Shown: piece by piece, positions 31,215-39,757 of the stretch
Position numbering within the stretch: position 1 is the stretch's first letter
Layout: every line of letters starts with the position of its first letter
Virus record (IMG/VR): IMGVR_UViG_3300042391_000634
Location: 248,001 to 312,000 of that record
Length of the DNA stretch: 64,000 nt
Reading direction: 5' to 3' (one strand)
Program-made: the position numbers and the translations under genes
The notes under the pieces: generated by a model
What the model saw: the letters and a program-made list of their open reading frames with translations, nothing else
Told to the model about the DNA's origin: nothing
Database searches by the model: none

Positions 31215-31649
31215 ATGATATATTGGTTAACAGGACAACCCGGATCAGGTAAAACAACATTAGCATCATGGATACAGGCGAGTTTCCCAATTAAATCTAT
31301 GATAGTAGATGGGGACGATATCCGTGAGATATTTGTAAATAAAGATTATAGTGAGGAAGGTAGACGTAAAAATATAGAAAAGGCTCAGATTTTGGCTAAA
31401 TTCTTACACCATAAAGGGTATACTGTTATTGTATCGTTAGTTTCACCTTATAGAGATCAAAGAGAACAATTTAAGATTGAAATGGGGGATGATTTGATTG
31501 AAATTTATGTTCATACCACAAATATTAGAGGTAGAGAACAATTTCATGTTAATTATGAGGAACCCCAAACCTTTTTTATTGATTGTGATACAACGGATAG
31601 TTCCGAATATAACACATTTATGGAATTAAGAAGAAAATTAAAAATATAG
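31215..31649 (+). CDS. cysC: Adenylylsulfate (APS) kinase
   Basis: 'WLTGQPGSGKTT','DGDDIR','YSEEGR..NI','VSPY...R','YEEP'. Confidence 0.85.
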   Translation: MIYWLTGQPGSGKTTLASWIQASFPIKSMIVDGDDIREIFVNKDYSEEGRRKNIEKAQILAKFLHHKGYTVIVSLVSPYRDQREQFKIEMGDDLIEIYVHTTNIRGREQFHVNYEEPQTFFIDCDTTDSSEYNTFMELRRKLKI

Positions 31650-31652
31650 AAT

Positions 31653-32036
31653 ATGAGTAAAAAATATGCGATGTATGTGGGGCGTTGGCAAAATTGGCAT
31701 AAGGGTCATGAATGGCTCCTTAACCAACAATTAGAGAAGGGAAAAGATGTGTGGGTGGCAATTAGAAATGTGGAGATAGATGAGAATAATCCAAAAACTG
31801 CTCAACAGGTGATGATGGATTTATCAGATACTCAGTTCTTTAAAGAAAATTCACAAAGAATTAATATATCAATTATTCCAGACATTGAGAGTATCAATTA
31901 CGGTAGAGGAGTTGGATATGACGTTATTTACCACGAACCACCTGAAGAAGTAGCTAAAATTAGTGGTACAAGTATCAGAAACGGGTATATTGACTCAAAT
32001 GGAGATATTATTGAATATCCTAATATGAATAATTAA
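31653..32036 (+). CDS. HIGH-family (cytidylyltransferase-like) nucleotidyltransferase
   Basis: 'GRWQNWHKGH' and 'ISGTSIR'. Confidence 0.75.
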   Translation: MSKKYAMYVGRWQNWHKGHEWLLNQQLEKGKDVWVAIRNVEIDENNPKTAQQVMMDLSDTQFFKENSQRINISIIPDIESINYGRGVGYDVIYHEPPEEVAKISGTSIRNGYIDSNGDIIEYPNMNN

Positions 32037-32252
32037 ATGATAGTAGAACGTAAACGACATATAGCCAAAACCATTTCATATCGTATTGTGAGCACCCTAA
32101 TTGGATTTTTACTAATGTGGTTGATAAGTGGGTCGATTAAGGTCGGAGCGGCGTTTGGGTTAGCTGAATTAATTTATAAACCAATTCAATATTATGTTCA
32201 TGAAAGAATTTGGTATAAATTGATAAAATTTGGATTAAAAGATAAAAAATAA
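32037..32252 (+). CDS. DUF2061-like small membrane protein
   Basis: 'RHIAKTISYR..ST','YYVHERIW'. Confidence 0.8.
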   Translation: MIVERKRHIAKTISYRIVSTLIGFLLMWLISGSIKVGAAFGLAELIYKPIQYYVHERIWYKLIKFGLKDKK

Positions 32253-32261
32253 GTATTTATA
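32251..32261 (+). promoter_or_regulatory. Putative phage late-promoter motif AAGTATTTATA
   Basis: Identical 11-mer upstream of tail fibre (46140) and GAGTATTTATA upstream of 48279. Confidence 0.5.
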
Positions 32262-32279
32262 TACAAATAACAAAAAGAT

Positions 32280-33770
32280 ATGAGAACAGTATTGATAGGT
32301 TCGGACTTTATGTACGACAAAGATGGTAATTTAAAACCAATTGAAATAAATACATCAGTAGGTTGGGATGGTGCCGAAAAAGTAGAAGATGATGTAGATT
32401 GTTTAGATTTAACAAATTTATATCAATTTGTTGAGAATAACAATTTTCAAAATGTACATTATATTGGAAACATTGGTTTTTTTCACAAAACATTAGAAAC
32501 ACACTATAGTGGAAGTTCAGTTACATATGAATTTCATAGTGTTAGTGCAACTGCCATTACTATACCATATATCGAAGATACAACCGATGTATTAATTATT
32601 AGAAGTGCATATGATACGACCGCATTAGTAGATGATACATATTGTAGAGATAAAATTGAATTTCTTAAATTAATTAAAGATTCTTCATTTAGTTCTCAAT
32701 TTGTGTATAAAGATGAAACCAATACATTGGTTTCAAATATTACATCTATAAATGATAACGGTGAACATCCTAATTTTATACTTAAATCAATATTACCAAA
32801 TTACGATATATCATTATACCCAAAATATTTTAAAGTAACGAATCAATCGGAATTAGATACTATTATTGCAAATAATGTTACTACCAATTATTTCTTAATG
32901 GAATATTTGTATAATCCAACTAAAATTTGGGGGGGACATCTGACAGTAATAAGAAGTTTAAATTTATTAGTTCCACCAAATTTAGAATCAATTCAACTTG
33001 GACAATATACAAAATTAAATCAAAATATGTTATTGACAGGTGTAACATATAATCTAACCACATTAGAAGTTGATGCAGATTTTAGATCTAGTTATAGTAC
33101 ACTTCCAATAATAGACAATGTTCCTAAATTGTTAGATGCAGACATGGTAGAAATGGCGGATGGTTCATTTAAAACTGCGTTGGATTTACAAGTTGGTGAT
33201 AGTATTAAAACAATTGAAATTCCAAATCCGGCTGGAACTAGTATAGATAGTTATATATCATCCGAATTTGGTCTTACATATGAAACCTTATTAACTGATA
33301 CAATATACACAACCAATGTCATTACCAATAAACAAAAAGTAAACACTTTAACTTTTATACGTGAATTAGTATTTGACGATAATAGTACGTGGGAAGATAC
33401 ATCCGCTTCACGTTATTTGATAGATAGAGCGGGTGTGGTTATGTTTAAATCTTTATTTGGAATATTTGCAGGAGATGTAGTTTTATTGTTAGATACTACC
33501 GATGAGAATATAAATTTTGTAAGAAAAACTGTTGTATCAAATACTGAATTTAAAAGAGTTTTTTCTGGATGGTTTATTTCAGTTGAGAATGCAAAATTAT
33601 TCTTAACTAAAACTCCGGGTTCAACTAATAACGAATCATTTGTTTCAATTGAACATAATAGAGCTCCTTGTCCTACCTATGCATGTAATAGTGGATGTGG
33701 ATATTATTGTCCGTCTTGTCCAAAAAATCAATCATGTGCACCGGACAATGAGTGTTCACCAATTTGTTAA
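32280..33770 (+). CDS. Circularly permuted ATP-grasp domain + Hint-like domain + C-terminal Cys-rich peptide
   Basis: 'GSDFM..DG.LKPIEINT','HPNFILK','YFLMEYL'; Hint 'V.MADGSFK...LQVGD.I' and terminal HN (aa 459-460); 36-aa tail with 8 Cys. Confidence 0.7.
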   Translation: MRTVLIGSDFMYDKDGNLKPIEINTSVGWDGAEKVEDDVDCLDLTNLYQFVENNNFQNVHYIGNIGFFHKTLETHYSGSSVTYEFHSVSATAITIPYIEDTTDVLIIRSAYDTTALVDDTYCRDKIEFLKLIKDSSFSSQFVYKDETNTLVSNITSINDNGEHPNFILKSILPNYDISLYPKYFKVTNQSELDTIIANNVTTNYFLMEYLYNPTKIWGGHLTVIRSLNLLVPPNLESIQLGQYTKLNQNMLLTGVTYNLTTLEVDADFRSSYSTLPIIDNVPKLLDADMVEMADGSFKTALDLQVGDSIKTIEIPNPAGTSIDSYISSEFGLTYETLLTDTIYTTNVITNKQKVNTLTFIRELVFDDNSTWEDTSASRYLIDRAGVVMFKSLFGIFAGDVVLLLDTTDENINFVRKTVVSNTEFKRVFSGWFISVENAKLFLTKTPGSTNNESFVSIEHNRAPCPTYACNSGCGYYCPSCPKNQSCAPDNECSPIC

Positions 33771-33798
33771 TAATAATTCTTAAATAAAATAAAATAAA

Positions 33799-33888
33799 AT
33801 GGCAATCATAATATCAAATACCGATATCAATACTTTAAATACCACAATGACAACAATTGGTAGTTTAATAGTAACCGCAAACTCATAA
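33799..33888 (+). CDS. 29-aa Thr/Ser/Asn-rich peptide; not in ORF track
   Basis: MAIIISNTDINTLNTTMTTIGSLIVTANS; A-rich leader (AAAAT repeats) before ATG; fills gap in operon. Confidence 0.6.
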   Translation: MAIIISNTDINTLNTTMTTIGSLIVTANS

Positions 33889-33920
33889 TGATTTATTAAT
33901 CATTTAATAATTAGTTATAT

Positions 33921-34451
33921 ATGATACACCTTATAAAAGGTATATTAACAAAAGAAGAATGTAACATTCTTAAAAACCAGTTTGATATTGATAAACAAAT
34001 CAATCCATCACTAGATAAATCAAAGGTTACAGGTAACACCTATGGGTATGAACCTTCTTATATTTTCAATGAATATTTAGATAAACTTAAATCATCTGTT
34101 TTAAAACTTAATTATAAAATAGATGATTTAAGAAATGTCAATTCATATATCAGAGAATACAAAAATAATGATTTTTTAAAAAAACATAGAGATAGAGACG
34201 ATATTAGTGTTACTATGTCGATATGTGTAGAATCAACAATAAATAAAGTTTGGCCATTAAATGCTGAAATTGATGATATAGAATATTCTTTTAACACAAA
34301 TGTAGGCGATGCTATTGTGTTATTTGATGCGGATAAAATATATCATTGGAGAGATATTTTAATTTGTAATCAAAATGAAAGAGTAATACAATTCTTTTTA
34401 CATTGGACACCCATTATACAGATTACCAAAAAAATAAAAACAATAATATAA
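33921..34451 (+). CDS. 2OG-Fe(II) oxygenase
   Basis: 'LTKEEC','R.Y....L.KHRD','ISVT','GDA','HWR','Q.FLHW'. Confidence 0.8.
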   Translation: MIHLIKGILTKEECNILKNQFDIDKQINPSLDKSKVTGNTYGYEPSYIFNEYLDKLKSSVLKLNYKIDDLRNVNSYIREYKNNDFLKKHRDRDDISVTMSICVESTINKVWPLNAEIDDIEYSFNTNVGDAIVLFDADKIYHWRDILICNQNERVIQFFLHWTPIIQITKKIKTII

Positions 34452-34996
34452 TGAATTATAATTTTAAATATTATGGCCAAGTAGATGTATCTAATATCGA
34501 TAATTTAATTGTAAATACCCAATTAAATTGGGATGAATACACATATAGACAAACCGATAGATATGGTCAATCCGATACTAAAACAATACCATTATTATGG
34601 TCTGAAGATTTTGTTGAAAATATAACTTGGAAATCTTATGAAATTTTTAAAGATAGTTTAATTGAAATAGAAAATAATTTAATCAATTTATTGGGAGAAG
34701 GTAAAATTGAAGTTGCACTATTAATTAATTTACCAAAAAATAAAAAAATATTACCACACATAGATTCTGGATATGAACATTTTTTTAAAACTAAAAGAAT
34801 ACATATACCAATTACAACAAATGATAAATGTAACTTTATGGTTGGTGAAGAAATTGTACAAATGAAACTAGGTGAAATATGGGAAATTGATAATGCAAAT
34901 AAAGTACATGGTGTTAATAATGATGGGAATACTGATAGAATTCATTTATTAATAGACTATCAAATTTCTGACAAAAAAATAAAAACATTATTATAA
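34451..34996 (+). CDS. Aspartyl/asparaginyl beta-hydroxylase-like oxygenase
   Basis: 'ILPHID','RIHIPITTN','GEIWEIDN..VHGVNN.G.TDRIHLLID'; ATG 34451 overlaps upstream TAA. Confidence 0.85.
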   Translation: MNYNFKYYGQVDVSNIDNLIVNTQLNWDEYTYRQTDRYGQSDTKTIPLLWSEDFVENITWKSYEIFKDSLIEIENNLINLLGEGKIEVALLINLPKNKKILPHIDSGYEHFFKTKRIHIPITTNDKCNFMVGEEIVQMKLGEIWEIDNANKVHGVNNDGNTDRIHLLIDYQISDKKIKTLL

Positions 34997-35009
34997 ACAA
35001 AAATAAATT

Positions 35010-35591
35010 ATGGCATTTACATATACAATAGTTCCTGAATTTTTAACAAAAGAAGAATGTAATATAATATTAAATTTTTCATTAAAAGAATTAAAATTAG
35101 AACCATCTCAAATTGTTACTCATTATATGGGTGGTAATGTTGATACCGATATAAGGAAGTCAAATCAAGTATTTTTTCCATATTATAAAGAATTTCCATT
35201 TTTATTAGAAAAAATGAGTAAATTGTTAAATAAACATATTGACGTTAAAGGATTTGATTTGGATTATGAACATAGTCAATTTCAATTTACAGAGTATAAT
35301 TCAGGTGACCATTTTGGTTGGCATAGAGATGTAATTGGTGAAAAAATTACAAATTATGATAGATATTGTTCGTTAGTGATACAATTAAATGATGAATATG
35401 AAGAAGGTGATTTACAAATAAAAGATATAGAAGATAAAACATTAACAGTTGAAAAAGGTGTTGGCAATTTAATATTATTTTTATCTAATATTGAACATAG
35501 AGTAGTGCCAGTAAAAAGTGGAGTTAGATACACATTAGTTAATTGGGTAAAATTAATGGAAAAAAAAGATTATAAAAAAACATTATTATGA
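35010..35591 (+). CDS. 2OG-Fe(II) oxygenase (PKHD/prolyl-hydroxylase-like)
   Basis: 'QFTEY..GDHFGWHRD','QLNDEYEEGDL','F.S..EHRV.PV.SG.RYTLV.W'. Confidence 0.9.
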   Translation: MAFTYTIVPEFLTKEECNIILNFSLKELKLEPSQIVTHYMGGNVDTDIRKSNQVFFPYYKEFPFLLEKMSKLLNKHIDVKGFDLDYEHSQFQFTEYNSGDHFGWHRDVIGEKITNYDRYCSLVIQLNDEYEEGDLQIKDIEDKTLTVEKGVGNLILFLSNIEHRVVPVKSGVRYTLVNWVKLMEKKDYKKTLL

Positions 35592-35592
35592 T

Positions 35593-35904
35593 ATGAAATT
35601 AGATTTTAAAGAAATATTCACAGCTTGGTATAATGTTGTAAATCATACTCCTGAACAAAGGGAGTTGGCAGATAAAAGATTTGCAATATGTTTAGAATGT
35701 CCATCTAAAAAAGAAATATTAGAAGGTAAAGAATGGTCTTTAAAATGTGGAGAATGTGGTTGCCCATTAAAGGCGAAAGTTTATACAAAAAAAACATATA
35801 ACAATAAAGATGGTTCATGTCCACTTAATAAATGGAAAGAAATTGAAATAGAATATATAAGTAATGTCAAAACCAATTATAAAACCAAAAAAACAATTAT
35901 ATAA
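35593..35904 (+). CDS. Small Cys-rich metal-binding protein (DUF6171-like)
   Basis: 'R.AICLECP','CGECGC.L.AK','CPL.KW'. Confidence 0.6.
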   Translation: MKLDFKEIFTAWYNVVNHTPEQRELADKRFAICLECPSKKEILEGKEWSLKCGECGCPLKAKVYTKKTYNNKDGSCPLNKWKEIEIEYISNVKTNYKTKKTII

Positions 35905-35906
35905 CA

Positions 35907-36596
35907 ATGTCGTACTTAATAAACGATAATCTTATATGGATAATTACACCCAAATGTGCTAGCAATTCAATAGAAACAGCCCTATTAAATTCAAATTTAA
36001 AGTTAAAAACGTATAACGATACGTTAGATCCAAAATCACATATACATATACCTTTAAATGATTCATTAAATTATTTTGGTAATAAAGAAACTGTATGCAT
36101 TACCAGAGATTGGTTTGGAAAATGGTTAAGTGCATTGAATTTTATTTGGGACATAATTGAATTTTATTGGGGGTTTACACCTATTTGTAAATGGGAAGAT
36201 ATTGATAATGATTTCATATATAATACATTCGATACGGAATTTTTGAATCATTTACATTGGATAAATGATGAGGGATATGAAAAATGTATAATTAAATTAT
36301 TAAAAATTAATCAGGACGAAATTAATAACATACCAAAAAATTTACCACCAGTAGTTATGGTTTTAATTTCTGAAAAATACTATAAAAGTAATCAAAAATG
36401 TACGTATGAATTTGATATTAAAGAGTTAGATAAATTTGTTAAATTTATTGAAGATAGGTTTGGTGAAAAAATACAATTAGATAATTTAAACACATCGACG
36501 AAAAGACCAAATAAAATAATAATAAACGATGAGTTAAAATCTTTTGTTTGGGAAAAATTTGAAAAACCATTTGAAAAACGAAATCAATTAATTTAA
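35907..36596 (+). CDS. Sulfotransferase family 2-like protein
   Basis: 5'-PSB-like 'ITPKCASNSI' and 3'-PB-like 'TRDW...WLS'. Confidence 0.65.
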   Translation: MSYLINDNLIWIITPKCASNSIETALLNSNLKLKTYNDTLDPKSHIHIPLNDSLNYFGNKETVCITRDWFGKWLSALNFIWDIIEFYWGFTPICKWEDIDNDFIYNTFDTEFLNHLHWINDEGYEKCIIKLLKINQDEINNIPKNLPPVVMVLISEKYYKSNQKCTYEFDIKELDKFVKFIEDRFGEKIQLDNLNTSTKRPNKIIINDELKSFVWEKFEKPFEKRNQLI

Positions 36597-36597
36597 T

Positions 36598-37266
36598 ATG
36601 GCAACTCTTTGGACATTTGGAGATTCGTTTACTGCAGGTGATGGTTGTGTGCAAAATATAGCAATTAGGGATGGTGATTTTAAATATTATAATGAATATA
36701 AACAATCGGATAGTGATATATGGTCAAATATATTAAGTAAAACTATTGGATTTGAAGTAAAAAATATGGGAAAAAGTGGAGCAAGTAATGATTATATTTT
36801 AGATTCTATTATTGACAATTTTGATATGATAGAACCAAATGATGTGGTTATAATTGAAAAAACATTTTACCAAAGATTTGATATTCCTAAATCTGGTGGT
36901 GATATATTCCAAACAATTTATGCTGAGGGCATCTACCAACTTTCTATTGATTTAAAAATGAACAGATACTTTTGTGAAGATAAATTAGAAAGTGAAACAA
37001 TATTAAATTATGGTGTTTTATTTGCTGGTCATAAATTATTTAAACAAAGACACGATAAACGATTTAAATTTATAAAAACCCAATTGAATAACAAAGGAAA
37101 CAAAATATTAATGTGGGACGTATTGGATGTTTTAAATGGTAAATTTGAAACAATATCGGAACATACAAAAGGTAAAATAAAAGATTATCATTTTAGTTTT
37201 AATGGTCACAAAACATTTAGTGAACTTTTATTTAAAAAATTATACACCAAACCCGAATTAATTTAA
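36598..37266 (+). CDS. SGNH-like protein
   Basis: 'WTFGDSFTAG','GKSGASN','DYHFSFNGH'. Confidence 0.65.
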   Translation: MATLWTFGDSFTAGDGCVQNIAIRDGDFKYYNEYKQSDSDIWSNILSKTIGFEVKNMGKSGASNDYILDSIIDNFDMIEPNDVVIIEKTFYQRFDIPKSGGDIFQTIYAEGIYQLSIDLKMNRYFCEDKLESETILNYGVLFAGHKLFKQRHDKRFKFIKTQLNNKGNKILMWDVLDVLNGKFETISEHTKGKIKDYHFSFNGHKTFSELLFKKLYTKPELI

Positions 37267-38319
37267 ATGAACAATCAAGTTGAGTTAAAGAATTATTTTT
37301 GTAGTGTACCATTTACATCATTAGAAATACATAATAATGTTTGTTTTGTTTGTTGTCCATCTTGGTTACCAAACAAAGTGGAACTTAGTGAAATTCCTTT
37401 AAAAGATGTTTACAATAGTGAACCAATTATAGATATTAGAAATTCTATTTTAGACGGTTCGTTTAAATATTGTAGTAAAGAGCTTTGTCCTTATTTAAGT
37501 AAATTAGTAAACTTTGGAGTAACATCAGGACCCGTTACATTAAAATCACATTCAAATATTAATAGCCCTATTATAGAAAATAATACACCGAATGATTTAA
37601 TAATGAATTTTGACAGGACTTGTAATTACAAATGTCCATCATGTAGAGTAGATTTAATTGTTGAAAATAGTGAAGGAATACAAAGAGTTGAAAAAACAAT
37701 TGAAGATATTGACACATATTATTCAAAATATGTAAAAACTTTGTATATAACAGGATCAGGCGACCCATTTGTTTCAGTTGGATTTAGAAATTATCTAAGA
37801 AATTTTAATCCTAAAAAATACCCAAATTTATCATCAATACATTTTCACACCAACGCATCTATGTGGAATAAAGAAATGTGGGATAGTATGCCAAATGTAC
37901 ATAAATATGTTCATACGTGTGAAATTAGTATAGATGCCGGCACCAAAGATACTTACGAAAATAAAACGAGATTAGGTGGTAATTGGGAAAACTTATTAAA
38001 TAATTTAAAATTTATTAGCACTTTACCACATATGAATGTAAAAACGTCATTTGTTGTTCAAGATACAAATTATACTGAAATGGAAACCTTTTATAATTTA
38101 ATGTATTCTATATTTGGCAAAAGAGTAAATGTATTTTTTGGTAAGATAACTAATTGGGGAACATTTTCTGACGGTGAATTTAAATTAAAACAGGTATGGG
38201 ATACCGAACATCCAGAACACATGTTATTTAAAAAAGAATTTAATAAAATATGGAAAAATCAAAACCTTTTTCATAACTTATATGAATTCATAGACAATAC
38301 ACATACATCGTTGATATGA
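37267..38319 (+). CDS. Radical SAM protein with N-terminal SPASM/twitch-like Cys cluster
   Basis: 'CSVPF','VCCPSW','C...CP'; CNYKCPSC; 'GSGDPF','TNA','ISIDA'. Confidence 0.85.
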   Translation: MNNQVELKNYFCSVPFTSLEIHNNVCFVCCPSWLPNKVELSEIPLKDVYNSEPIIDIRNSILDGSFKYCSKELCPYLSKLVNFGVTSGPVTLKSHSNINSPIIENNTPNDLIMNFDRTCNYKCPSCRVDLIVENSEGIQRVEKTIEDIDTYYSKYVKTLYITGSGDPFVSVGFRNYLRNFNPKKYPNLSSIHFHTNASMWNKEMWDSMPNVHKYVHTCEISIDAGTKDTYENKTRLGGNWENLLNNLKFISTLPHMNVKTSFVVQDTNYTEMETFYNLMYSIFGKRVNVFFGKITNWGTFSDGEFKLKQVWDTEHPEHMLFKKEFNKIWKNQNLFHNLYEFIDNTHTSLI

Positions 38320-38336
38320 TAGTGAAATAAAAAATA

Positions 38337-39467
38337 ATGGAAGATAATATTTTAAATAAAAAAATAAATATAAATTTTATAGACGGACCTTTTGTTAAAA
38401 TAATAGAAGATACTACATTACATTATAAAATTGAATTTATTGATAGAGATGACAATAAAATTATTTTTGAAATAGATTTAATAAGTAATAAATGGGCCAA
38501 ATGTTCAAAAAAATACTTTGTAAATTGGTTAATTAAAATAAAAGGTATTGATAATGATTTTTATTATGAACATACTTTTGATTTAAACAAAAAAAGAGTT
38601 TTTGTTTTTTTAGAATCACACTTACTTGGAGATACCTTAGCTTGGATTGATCAAGTCGATAGATTTAGAATAAAAAATAAATGTGAGGTGATATGTGCAA
38701 CATCCCATAATAATATCTTCAAAGAACAATACCCCAATATTCAATTTACATCACCTACTTTACCTAAATCAAATGAGTCTGATTTTTATGCACTATATCG
38801 ATTAGGGGTTTGGCGTATTAATGATGTAATCGATATGGATAGACATAAAATTGATCCAAGAAAATTACCATTAATACAAGTTGGTTCTGATATTTTAGGA
38901 ATTAATTATAAAGAAACAAAACCAAAATTAGCAAACTTAGGTAAAACAAAACAAAAACTAGTTACAATAGGATTTCACGGTGGAGGACAATTTAAATATT
39001 GGAATAACCCGACAGGATGGCAAGAAGTTGTGAATTTTTTAAATTTAGAAGGATATGAGGTTAGATTATTATCAAATGAAGAAGATGGTTATATGGGTAA
39101 TCGGCCACCAAATGGTATAACTAAACAACCAAATGGACCATTAAGTGAAATAATTAAAGTTTTACAAGAATCTGTTTTATTTATCGGTATTAGTAGTGGT
39201 TTAAGTTGGTTATCTTGGGCGGCTGGAACACCAACAATAATAATATCGGGATTTACAGATATTCATTTAGAACCAATAAATGGAATAACAAGAATCATTA
39301 ATAAAGATGTATGTAATAGTTGTTGGTCTAAATATGAATTTAAACCTCATAATTGGTATTGGTGTCCTGTTTATGCCGGTACTGAAAATAGATTTGAGTG
39401 TTCTAAATCAATAACTGGTGAAGTGGTAATTAAAAAAGTAAAAAATTTAATTAATAATTTATCATGA
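38337..39467 (+). CDS. TibC/Aah-like protein O-glycosyl(heptosyl)transferase
   Basis: 'LGDTLAW','KYWNNPTGW.EVV','FIG.SSGLSWL.WA','ISGFT', iron-finger-like 'CNSCW..WCP..FEC'. Confidence 0.75.
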   Translation: MEDNILNKKININFIDGPFVKIIEDTTLHYKIEFIDRDDNKIIFEIDLISNKWAKCSKKYFVNWLIKIKGIDNDFYYEHTFDLNKKRVFVFLESHLLGDTLAWIDQVDRFRIKNKCEVICATSHNNIFKEQYPNIQFTSPTLPKSNESDFYALYRLGVWRINDVIDMDRHKIDPRKLPLIQVGSDILGINYKETKPKLANLGKTKQKLVTIGFHGGGQFKYWNNPTGWQEVVNFLNLEGYEVRLLSNEEDGYMGNRPPNGITKQPNGPLSEIIKVLQESVLFIGISSGLSWLSWAAGTPTIIISGFTDIHLEPINGITRIINKDVCNSCWSKYEFKPHNWYWCPVYAGTENRFECSKSITGEVVIKKVKNLINNLS

Positions 39468-39757
39468 TTTTAAAAGAAAAAATATTATTTAGTAAAGAGG
39501 AGTGTCAATCCATTATTTTTTATGGGGGCAATAATATTACAAATTGGGATATTAAAGATAGAAAATATCATTCACAGCCAATTACATATTCGTTGGGAAA
39601 CAAATGGTTATTTGATAAACTTAAAAAATTTTTTGAAGAACAACTAAACGCTCAAATAAAAAAAAATAAAGAAGTTATTCATTTTCATAAATTTGTAAAA
39701 GGTGATTGGTTTTTAGAAAACGAACATATAAAAATAGAAACAAATAAATTAATATGA
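39464..39757 (+). pseudogene. Internally deleted 2OG-Fe(II) oxygenase
   Basis: N-terminal 'LFSKEEC' and 'FHKFVKGDWF' then jumps to C-tail; HxD and distal His absent. Confidence 0.6.

Noticed and set aside
33123-33659. Hint region as a mobile intein
   Set aside because: No position-1 or +1 nucleophile, no TxxH, no homing endonuclease.
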